From the NCBI RefSeq assembly GCF_963676685.1, contig NC_092348.1, forward strand, positions 496,001 to 560,000: a stretch of DNA of 64,000 nucleotides. Direction: 5' to 3'. The notes beneath the pieces are model-generated. The model was not told where the DNA came from. It was given only the letters and a program-made list of their open reading frames with translations, and made no database searches. Positions 38,501 to 48,900 of the stretch are shown here, in pieces (within the stretch, counting starts at the first letter, position 1; each line of letters opens with the position of its first letter). This DNA comes from Mytilus edulis. Lineage: Eukaryota. Position numbers and translations under genes: made by a program.

Positions 38501-39715
38501 TTAAAGCTTTTTACAGACATAGTATTGGAAAACACCGTCCCATTTAGCGTCTCCTCCAATACACTGCAGCACTTCAAGTCCTTCGTCCATCAATAAGTCG
38601 GCAGACGACACTAAAACAGGAGTATGTCCAAAAATTATAAGATGGCCACCTTTCTTCAACACACGGACAAGAGGGTGAACCATTACACGTGCATCGGAGG
38701 CTTTCATCACTTCGGAATTAATAAATCTTACAAATACAACATCAGCGATATCGTCTGTAATTTTCGGTTCGGCGGCGTTACCATGGTGAACTTCGTCTAA
38801 TCGTTTTCCTGCAAACAGTGTCATCTGGTAGCTGAGGTCTTGTCCAGCTGTGTAACTATTTGGGAATGCCTCTTTCATGGTAGCCAAAAACTGACCAGTT
38901 GAACAGGCAGGATCATACAAGAACAAGTCTTCTTTTCCCAAAGTTTTTAAAAATTTAATTGAAAAATCTCTAAGAAAAACTTCACCTTCCCCAAGCTGAA
39001 GAGCTAATGTTTCATCTATTTCCCATCCTTCATCGGGACAATGGATTTCAGTTTTATATTCCGTCTGCAAGGCAGGGAAAGGAAAAACTAACTCCATTTC
39101 CTGTAAATAGTTGTGAACTATGTCGTGCATGATAGTTTTCTTCTCAGATCCTGTTAATTGTCGATATAATACAACAACACCATCGTCTTGTATCCTAAGA
39201 TCTACAAAAACTCCAAGAAGCATGCTAGCACGAATATGACTACAGTGTAATTCACGGATCTTGTTTGTAATCCATTGATGTGAAAGAATTCGTCTTCCCA
39301 CTATAACACGTAGAGATCCATCTTCCATTTTCCAAGATTTCAAAAGAAATATACTTTGAGGTAGTTCATCCCATCGTTCGGAATACCTCGTAGGCCTGCG
39401 CTCACTTACGGTATTCCAATTTACAGCTTCGTGACGTTCAACGGAATCATCTATATGTCTTTCTTGATACAAATCAATTTCTTTCAGAATCATTCGTAAA
39501 TTTCTATTATCATGTTTGTCCGTCACTTCTGATATTAAAACTTTTAGCGCATCCTTTGCATTTTGCCATTTTCCTTCAGAAACTAATTTCTGTGCTGCGT
39601 ACAGACGTTCTCTGATCAGCTTGTTATTGACGTCACGGAAAACACCGTCAAAATTAAACGTGTCATGTCCATCTGTTGCCGTGGGCAGGGAACCACTTCG
39701 TTTCATGTCACTCAT
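38501..39715 (-). CDS. Intronless class I SAM-dependent transferase, isonocardicin synthase (Nat)-like putative 3-amino-3-carboxypropyl transferase, 404 aa
   Basis: Clean non-repetitive 1215-nt ORF. SAM motif I LYDPACSTGQFL, post-I GQDLS, DVVFVRFIN, LKKGGHLIIFGHTPVL, terminal FQYYVCKK, and upstream GRRILS/ELHCSHIRAS motifs, which I recall from Nat-family proteins. Minus-strand AATAAA at 38341-38336. The ORF and SAM fold are well supported; the Nat assignment is from memory. Confidence 0.85.
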   Translation of the reverse strand: MSDMKRSGSLPTATDGHDTFNFDGVFRDVNNKLIRERLYAAQKLVSEGKWQNAKDALKVLISEVTDKHDNRNLRMILKEIDLYQERHIDDSVERHEAVNWNTVSERRPTRYSERWDELPQSIFLLKSWKMEDGSLRVIVGRRILSHQWITNKIRELHCSHIRASMLLGVFVDLRIQDDGVVVLYRQLTGSEKKTIMHDIVHNYLQEMELVFPFPALQTEYKTEIHCPDEGWEIDETLALQLGEGEVFLRDFSIKFLKTLGKEDLFLYDPACSTGQFLATMKEAFPNSYTAGQDLSYQMTLFAGKRLDEVHHGNAAEPKITDDIADVVFVRFINSEVMKASDARVMVHPLVRVLKKGGHLIIFGHTPVLVSSADLLMDEGLEVLQCIGGDAKWDGVFQYYVCKKL

Positions 39716-39992
39716 TTTGCTCGCTGCTTCTCAAAATGTTTTTCTTAGTAAGTCGTCTCAGTATAGATACAATTAAACGTGTCACTAAGTGGTAAATATA
39801 TTACACGTACATCCTTAAAATGTTTAGGTAACCAGTCCAGATTGTACTTACTGAGGGAAGAGATTAGATAATTCTTATTATCATCTGACATGTCCAGAAT
39901 ATCGCTCCAAAGGTCATAACCTGTAAATAAAAACGTTTGATAGTTATCTCTATACATTAATGTTACTGTTCTTAGTATGCATTTTACCCTAG

Positions 39993-40145
39993 CAGTGGCA
40001 GATCCAGAAAGTTTTATAAGTGGGGGCCCACCGACTGCCTTAGAGGGGGCCCGTTCCGGTCATCCTTCGGTGATTCCATTTATAATCAACCAAATGTTTC
40101 CCAGAAAAAGGGGGGCTAGCCCCTCTACCCCTAAATCCGCCTCTA
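39993..40145 (+). mobile_element. MITE, hAT5-like, about 280 bp upstream of the Nat-like gene
   Basis: Same family; flanks CCTAG/TCTAG. Confidence 0.8.
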
Positions 40146-41504
40146 TCTAGTTATACTGTGGAGACTGTAGTTTAGACGCTTACAAATATAGGTTATATCA
40201 AAACCCAAAAGACCAAATCCGGAATTTTGTATTTTGATTTTTTTCTTGTTAATTTTATTAAGATGAAGAATAAAAAAAAATACACGAGCTATATTGTCTG
40301 CTACTTTTTAAGCTGCTGGTGTTTACTATATGGGTGGTTTTTGTTCATTTCTTCGTTGTTGAAGGCCTTAATATGAACCAATGCTACTGAAAAAGAGTCA
40401 AGAGACACCAACGGGACAATTAAATTCAGGTGTCGAAATCAAACTGACAATAAAATAGGAAATAAATGAAAAACGAAGAAAAAATTACACAACAATATAC
40501 CAAAAATATCGTAGAAAAACTAAGGACTTAGCAATAATAAGTTTTACCGCGTGATCCTTTGGTCTGTCGTGGAAGTTTGTATCATTTGCAATCATACCAA
40601 ATATTCTTTTTTTTTTATTAAGGTAGGTAACATTTCTTTTTATTTTACTAATTTTTTTTAATCTTGAGTATATGGGGTCAAACGTCATAATGAATGAAAT
40701 GAATAAACTGTTATGACAAATAATATGAGAGTTTTATTTGTCTTTAACATTTTATTCATTTCATTAAGTATGACGTGCGTTTATGATTGTGTTTCCATGG
40801 CTTAAAATTATTTATACAGGCAATATTAGATGTAAAACATGTACCTTCAAACAATTTTGTTAGTCAGCCCAAAATTAATGTCTTTTCATGGCTTCATGGT
40901 ATAGGGCTTAGTTATACAAAGCAACAGTTACCACCTCTTTTGGTAGAAACGAGTTCCAGGACCTCTGTACAAGTGGTATATAGCTGGTGACTCAAGAACA
41001 AAATTGTAAATTTAAAATGACAATACTTTGTTTTCTTAGAAAACTATTAGTTTGAGGCTTAATCTTAATACCCAGTGGCAAACATTACATCACGGTAAAT
41101 GATAAATGAATATACCCTATACTCTGTACTAGATAGAAACACCGAGTTGGATTTTAACTTACTAACCATGATACTATATCGCCTTACTCTGGTACACTGT
41201 TCCGATTCTGGGCAGTTATATGTATATATGAAAAATAAGATGTGGTAATATTGCAAATGAGACAACTCTCCACAAGATACCAAAATGACACAGAAATTAA
41301 CAACTTATATATATTGTATTTTCTGTTTAAATTAAAAAAAAAAGTTTCAAATCTCGAAACGTTACTATAATTTAAAATATTGACTTATCACGAGTAAAAA
41401 ACCCGTAAAAATGACAAACTTTTAAGAATTAACCCGTTGAAATTCCGGCTTATGAAAAGTCGAAATTTCACTGTCAGAGAGTTTAATAAAAGCAGACATA
41501 TAAT

Positions 41505-42293
41505 TATTATTATTAAGTCTTTCCACTTTTCTGTGGAAAGACTTATTGTTTTTCTTCTGATTATTATTATTTTTTTTTTTCCGCCACATTCTGAAATTTT
41601 TGAAAATGAGGTCAAGGTCAAAGGTCAAGGTCAAGTTCTCAATTGTGACTTTTGCTTGTTTTTGCATTTTTTCTGACACTTTGAAAGATACATATTAAAG
41701 AACAAGTGCAAAATGTCAGCTTTATTGTAATGAAGATATGCTACATTTAGTCTTATACAATTTAATGGCATCTTATAGTAGTTTGTGCCCCTGAAATGTC
41801 ATGATATGAGGTTATTTGATTATAACTTCAACCAAATTCATTATAAAGGCATTTGACCTTTTACAAAAGGTTAGGTGACAAATGACCTTGAAAAATGACT
41901 ACCGGAAGTGACCTTGAGAAAACCGGAAGTAGCCTTTTTTGCAATTTTTGCATTTAAAAGTACTCAGAATCCATATATTTTGTCATATAGATGCATAAAC
42001 TGATTACTGACGACTAAAACGGACTTCCAACAAACCGGAAGTGACCAATTATCTCCTATTCTACATACAAAAGTATATATAAACTATATATTTTTGGAAT
42101 GAGAATGAAAGAAGCTATCATATGAGACTGGAAGTGACATTAATTTCACCGGAAGTAGCATATTATCTCCCTTATATCACTCAAAAATATAATTAAACCA
42201 TTATTAATCGCATCAGTATGAAGAAACTATCTTCTTATCCAAATTTCTTTGGTGTGGAAAGACTTTCAATTGTTCTCTGAACAATTGGTTTTT
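41505..42293. mobile_element. Helentron/DINE-like element
   Basis: Hairpin AAGTCTTTCCAC..GTGGAAAGACTT, subterminal repeat GTGGAAAGACTT near 42254, internal ACCGGAAGT and GGTCAAGGTCA motifs. Confidence 0.55.
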
Positions 42294-43229
42294 AATTGTA
42301 TTATATGTCTCTGATAAAAGTAAAAAATGCCAGTTAAAAGTCCAAATTTTAAAGATTTTAAAGTTTCGTTTAAATATTATATAATAAGATAAGATTTATT
42401 TTTATTAAAGTGTCACCATCCATTACAATAAGTAAAAATATTTGACTATGAATAATTAAAGAGTTTATTTTCCATGTCCCTAATATGCTTCCGTGTGTAT
42501 ATAATTACAAGTAGATCAATTAAGTGAAAAGAATTACAAAAAATGAAACAGACTATAAAACATTGACTATTAAAAGGCGATATAAACAAATTATTAAATG
42601 TATTGGCAACGAAACAGAAGTGGTCAATAATTCATTTGAATTTGAATACAATCATTAAGTACACTGTTTGGGTCGATATTTAAACTTTGGTATTGTCCGA
42701 CTTAATACTTTTTATACGAATTGATATGTCTGTCTGTACTATACCGTCCGATTTAATGACTGCAATTAAGCCGTCTGTCCATGTCTTACTGTCTGTTTTC
42801 TTCTATTCGATTCAATAATATGACAGTTGGTACATTTGAATATGCATCTCATTAAGACGGTATAATTAACTGTAATGCCTTTGTTTTTCGTTTATTTTTT
42901 GTATTTAATTAGGCCGTTAGTTTTCTCGAGTCGTTTGAAACGTTTTACATTTGTCATTTCGGGGCCTTTTCAAAATAGCTTACTATGCGGTATGGACTTC
43001 AAGTTGCCCGTTGTTGAAGGCCGTACGGTGACCTATTGTTGTATTAAATTGCTGTGTCATTCTGTTTCTTGTGGAGAGTTGTCTCATTGCCAATCATACC
43101 ACATCTTCTTTTTTTTTATATTATATACACATCCTTGCTTCAGCTCAGTGGTCACGGTAATTAGGTGTGGTATAAATATGAATTATAGCAAACCTTTCTT
43201 AAATTACCAGTTTATAAAAAGAAAATATA

Positions 43230-45010
43230 ATCGTTCCACGTCCTCGATGGCTTTCAAATCTTGCATGGCTTTCAAATATTCGGTTATAGACGTTCCACGT
43301 TCTTGCATGGCTTTCAAATATTCGGCTATGATCGTTCCGCGTCCTTGCACGGCTTTCAAATATTCGGCTATGGTCGTTCCACGTCCTTGCATGGCTTTCA
43401 AATATTCGGCTATGGTTGTTCCACGTCCTTGCATGGCTTTCAAATATTCGGCTATGGTCGTTCCACGTCCTTACACGGCTTTCAAATATTCGGCTATGGT
43501 CGTTCCATGTACTTGCACGGATTTCAAATATTCGGCTATGATCGTTCCACGTTCTTGCATGGCTTTCAAATATTCGGCTATGGTCGTTCCACGTTCTTGC
43601 ATGGCTTTCAAATATTCGGCTATGGTCGTTCCACGTTCTTGCATGGCTTTCAAATATTCGGCTATGGTCGTTCCACGTTCTTGCATGGCTTTCAAATATT
43701 CGGCTATGGTCGTTCCACGTCCTTACACGGCTTTCAAATATTCGGCTATGGTCGTTCCACGTCCTTGCATGGCTTTCAAATATTCGGCTATGGTCGTTCC
43801 ACGTCCTTGCATGGCTTTCAAATATTCGGCTATGGTCGTTCCACGTTCTTGCATGGCTTTCAAATATTCGGCTATGGTCGTTCCACGTTCTTGCATGGCT
43901 TTCAAATATTCGGCTATGGTCGTTCCACGTCCTTTCATGGCTTTCAAATATTCGGCTATGGTCGTTCCACGTCCTTGCATGGCTTTCAAATATTCGGCTA
44001 TGGTCGTTCCACGTTCTTGCATGGCTTTCAAATATTCGGCTATGGTCGTTCCACGTTCTTGCATGGCTTTCAAATATTCGGCTATGGTCGTTTCACGTTC
44101 TTGCATGGCTTTCAAATATTCGGCTATGGTCGTTCCACGTTCTTGCATGGCTTTCAAATATTCGGCTTTGGTCGTTCCACGTCCTTGCATGGCTTTCAAA
44201 TATTCGGCTATAGACGTTCCACGTCCTTGCATGGCTTTCAAATATTCGGCTATGATCGTTCCGCGTCCTTGCACGGCTTTCAAATATTCGGCTATGGTCG
44301 TTCCACGTCCTTGCATGGCTTTCAAATATTCGGCTATGGTTGTTCCACGTCCTTGCATGGCTTTCAAATATTCGGCTATGGTCGTTCCACGTCCTTACAC
44401 GGCTTTCAAATATTCGGCTTTAGTCGTTCCATGTCCTTGCACGGATTTCAAATATTCGGCTATGATCGTTCCACGTTCTTGCATGGCTTTCAAATATTCG
44501 GCTATGGTCGTTCCACGTTCTTGCATGGCTTTCAAATATTCGGCTATGGTCGTTCCACGTTCTTGCATGGCTTTCAAATATTCGGCTATGGTCGTTCCAC
44601 GTTCTTGCATGGCTTTCAAATATTCGGCTATGGTCGTTCCACGTCCTTACACGGCTTTCAAATATTCGGCTATGGTCGTTCCACGTCCTTGCATGGCTTT
44701 CAAATATTCGGCTATGGTCGTTCCACGTCCTTGCATGGCTTTCAAATATTCGGCTATGGTCGTTCCACGTTCTTGCATGGCTTTCAAATATTCGGCTATG
44801 GTCGTTCCACGTTCTTGCATGGCTTTCAAATATTCGGCTATGGTCGTTCCACGTCCTTGCATGGCTTTCAAATATTCCGGCTATGGTCGTTCCACGTCCT
44901 TGCATGGCTTTCAGCTATGGTCGTTCCACGTCCTTGCATGGCTTTCAAATATTCGGCTATGGTCGTTCCACGTTCTTGCATGGCTTTCAGATATTCGTCT
45001 TTGGGCGTTC
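43230..45010. repeat. 42-bp satellite with a 924-bp higher-order duplication
   Basis: Unit CGTTCCACGT(T/C)CTTGCATGGCTTTCAAATATTCGGCTATGGT, about 42 copies; the series of variant units recurs 22 units later. Confidence 0.97.
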
Positions 45011-45046
45011 CTGGTGATGGTGAATCCAGAAACGCCCCTCGAACGC
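45005..45046 (+). ncRNA. Degenerate type I hammerhead ribozyme
   Basis: GCGUUC-CUGGUGA-UGG-UGAAU-CCA-GAAA-CGCCCCUC-GAACGC: perfect stem I, core with an A6>G change, disrupted stem III. Confidence 0.55.
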
Positions 45047-45203
45047 GTGAAATTTCTAAAGTGTTGTTTTTATTTTTAAAGCACATGTGTCAGATTTCCA
45101 TACAGTCAGCATGTTAAAACGTTTCTCTGAAATATAAAAGATAGCCATAATTAACAATAAACAGGTTAAAATTTACTGAAAGAATGCACCTTACAACAGT
45201 AAA

Positions 45204-45428
45204 GAGGGCCCTCATGGGGTTTTTGATTATGTGATTACTTAGCCGTTTTTTTAATGATTATTTGATTATTAAGCCAAATATTTCATGATTATTTGATTAC
45301 CTAGGACTGTATTTTTAGTTTATGATTATTTGATTACTAAAGATAAGCAAATATTTAATGATTATGTGATTATATTGGCAAAAAAATGGTGATTATGTGA
45401 TTACTAGGACCCCCCCATGAGGGGCCTC
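45204..45428. mobile_element. MITE with 6-bp TSD
   Basis: TIR GAGGGCCCTCATGGGG/CCCCATGAGGGGCCTC; TSD AGTAAA; internal TGATTA repeats. Confidence 0.8.
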
Positions 45429-45938
45429 AGTAAACAATTAAAATGTGTCTTCTTAGTTCGATATTAAGCCCGTTTAGTAAGAAATCTGGGACTATGAGTA
45501 TTAATATAATAGTCCCAGAAGAAACTAAGATTCCAACACCGTAAGTCATAGTTGAATTTTCAGATTTTTTTAGGGGGTTCTAAAGAGTCTTCAAACTGGC
45601 AGAAAAAAAACTATTGATTTTCATTTCCAATTGAATAAATCACTTATCAATAATAATCTTAAAATTGCAATCAACAAATTTAACAATAACATCATCACTG
45701 ACACTTTCAATCAATCTTTAACAATGCTGATTGTTTTCGGTCCAATGATCAGAATTAATCGGATTCTTGGGAACTTAGAAACGAACTATAACATTTTACC
45801 TGTGTGTGGGAATTCAATATCCAGTTAGAAGTCCCGTAAACATTTAACTGGTAGTGGATTTACATGTGTTTTAAAAAATGAATTAAATTCCTCAATTCTA
45901 AATGGAAATAAATATTTAGCATTAAAAAGGAGTACAGA

Positions 45939-48900
45939 ATGCCAGATGAAGCGTGAGTATAGTTTTGGTGATCTTCCAGATACCTTATATTTTGGTGTAC
46001 TCTATTATGGGTCTCTATTATTTGATAGTTGATTTGTTTCTGATGTGTTTGTGTTTGTGCAAAAGTGATGATGATATTTTGTATTGCAAATGGAAATTAC
46101 ATCACTGGAGACTTCAAGAATACAAAGTTGAATAACTCTGTTAATAAGCAGCTTTGGTTCCCGTAAAATAATTTGCTTTCCAATGATGAATTGGATTAAC
46201 ACAAGTTATCTCTCTTTGACATAGCAGAGATGGCACCTGTAATAAGTATGGTTGGACTAGGACTGATACACATTTTTACTAATCTTGAAAGCTTTAAAAC
46301 TTAGTTTCATTGTCATTTATTTTCACCCATTGTATAATTTCAAAAGATTATAAAAAAGGGGGGATGCAGGTACCAGTGGCGGATCCAGAAATTTTCATAA
46401 GTGTGGGCCCACTGACTGACCTAAGAGGGGGCCCGCTCCAGTCACGCTTCAGTGATTCCCTATATAAGCAACCAAATTTTTTCCCAAAAAGGGGGGGGGC
46501 CGGCCCCCCCCCCCTAAATCCTCCTCTGGGTACAAGAACAAGACAATATTTTTCCATATTAAAGGAACATTTAAATATATTTACTGAATATACTGATTAT
46601 ACTTTATACATACATTCAAAACAGATGTTTTCTTGTACCTGTTGATGCAGGTGGGTGCAATGAGACAGCAATTTGATGGTACAAAATGCATAGGCGGTTC
46701 CATGAGGGGTCCGGGTCCCCCTTTTGTGGGACAAATTTGGAAGATTACATAGAGAATCACTGAAGCATGACTGGAGTGGCCCCCTTAGGTCAGTCAGTGG
46801 GCCCCCTTAATGAGAAGTTCTGGATCCGCCACTGAAATGTCAGAAGACATTGTAATACAGGTGACTAGATATAATAAAATCACAACTCTGACAATACTGT
46901 CATTTATATGAATGAGTTTTTATTATTACAGTATCTTTGACAAAAGTCCAGATTGATTCAAGAATCATGCTACAATTAGATCATCATCAACTTCACAGTT
47001 CATTTTCTTAAGCTTTAATATAATTATATATACCATATAGGTGAAGAAACACACTGTATTCTGGTAAACATTTTAATGATAAATGATAAAAGTAATTGGT
47101 ATTATGGTGCGCTATTGTGTTTAAGTTGCATTTAACTGCTCAAGTTTTTGCTTAAATTTTCTTTGCAGTGTTGGGTCATCTTTCAGCTTCAATAATTTGG
47201 TTTTATGTTAAAAACTTCATTATGATATAGTTGTATCCTTAATGTTCACTATATCATGGGGGTCTCATTGGGGGGTTAATTCTGATCCCGGATTCCACTT
47301 ACGTTTTGACAGATTCCCGTATCCCGCTTACACAGTGAGTGTGTTACTTAAGCAATTCTCATTTTTTTGTGATTTCCCGGGTCCCGCTAGACTCCATTTC
47401 CCGTTTTCACGGCACAATAATTCGACTTTCAAGTATCACGCTTACAAAAAATCGGCAATCCCGTGTCACGCTTAGACCCCAATGAGACCCACTATCATGT
47501 ATGTCCACAGAAAGTATGTGTAGGACATTTTATTGAGGAAAGAAATCGACTCATTTTAAAATATTTTAGATTTGATAGTCATGTTAAAATTGATAATATT
47601 TTGGAACAAATTGCAAGAATATGATATTTTTTTTTTTATTGAAAAGTCAAACATGCATTGACCTAATACATGCATGACATGTACATGGATTTACAAAAAT
47701 AACATTTAGGCCTTTTAAAGAGGGGATAAACTAGTACAGTCACTAGTCATATGAAGGGATATTCATGATCTTATAGTTTAAGGAGGTTCGCGGGTATAAG
47801 ATTTTTAGAAAAAAATTAAACATTAATTTTTTATTACAGATTTTATTTATTACCTTAAGTAGTTGTTACTTTATCATGTGGTACAAAAATCAATTCATGT
47901 TGTCCCCAGCGGACTTTTAAAATGTAGATATCACTTAAAAAGCTCCAAATTATCTCCCTTTGGTGCAAAAATGCCATTTTTTGGCAATAAAATTAAAATA
48001 TCTTTTTTAACTCATCGGTGACCTATATTTTTTATTGTTGTTTTCGAATAAGCTGTACATTAACTAAATAATTGTAAAATTTTAGCGATTTCTGTAATTT
48101 AGTTCTTTTATTATTTCGATATTACCGCTTTTTCTCCTATTAGTTCAACAGAAAAAAAGGACATTAACAAAAATGTATGCTTCTTTCGAAAGCAGATTGT
48201 AAGCGTAAATGAACGGTGACCCCATTTTTTTTATTTCATTTTTCTATTATAATAAGTATAAGATAAAGTTCATTTATAGAAAAATATAGAGAAATCCTAT
48301 ATTAAATAAAAAAATCATTTAGACCTGCGAGCCCCCTTAATTCCCAACTTCAGTTACACAATAGTGAGACACTGATAGATTGTGCCATAAAAGTCAGGAA
48401 ACTTTACAATTTGATGGAAAATCTATTTCAATATTTGAACCAATATCCACCTGACTAGATCTGCAGATATTTTGTGAGATTGAGCTGTGAAATCTTTGTG
48501 TAATGTGTAGTAGAGGTTTTATAATTTTTTGTCTCTTATATTTCTCTCTTTGTATCTAAATAACAGTAAAAAGTTAATGTAGGATCTAAAGATGACAATT
48601 TTTTATGCCTTTTGTAACTTTTGATGGTCATCGTTTTTATTGCCACGCCTGCAAAGAAAGTTGAAGATTGCAAGACATTATAAGGCCAAATAAAAAAGTA
48701 TGTGTGGTTCCAGTTACATCTGAAAAAAAGTTAGGGTAGGTAGGTAGGGATTTTTTTTATTTTATGTTTTTTTTTACATTGAGTCTATGGGAGCAACATT
48801 CTGACTTTAACAGTGCTGAATGAAAAATGACAATAAAATCTTTAGGGTAAGCTATTTTTAAGCCGAACAAGTAGGGACGGTAGGGTTACTGGAACCACAC

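Noticed and set aside
38501-39715. Bacterial contamination or an operon as the source of the Nat-like ORF
   Set aside because: No neighbouring prokaryotic genes; the flanks carry host repeats and a polyA signal, and codon usage is AT-leaning like the host genes. Long-read confirmation is still needed.
42875-45117. 734-aa and 618-aa ORFs and their antisense ORFs
   Set aside because: They are translations of a stop-free 42-bp satellite open in several frames; the N-terminus runs through a dispersed repeat.
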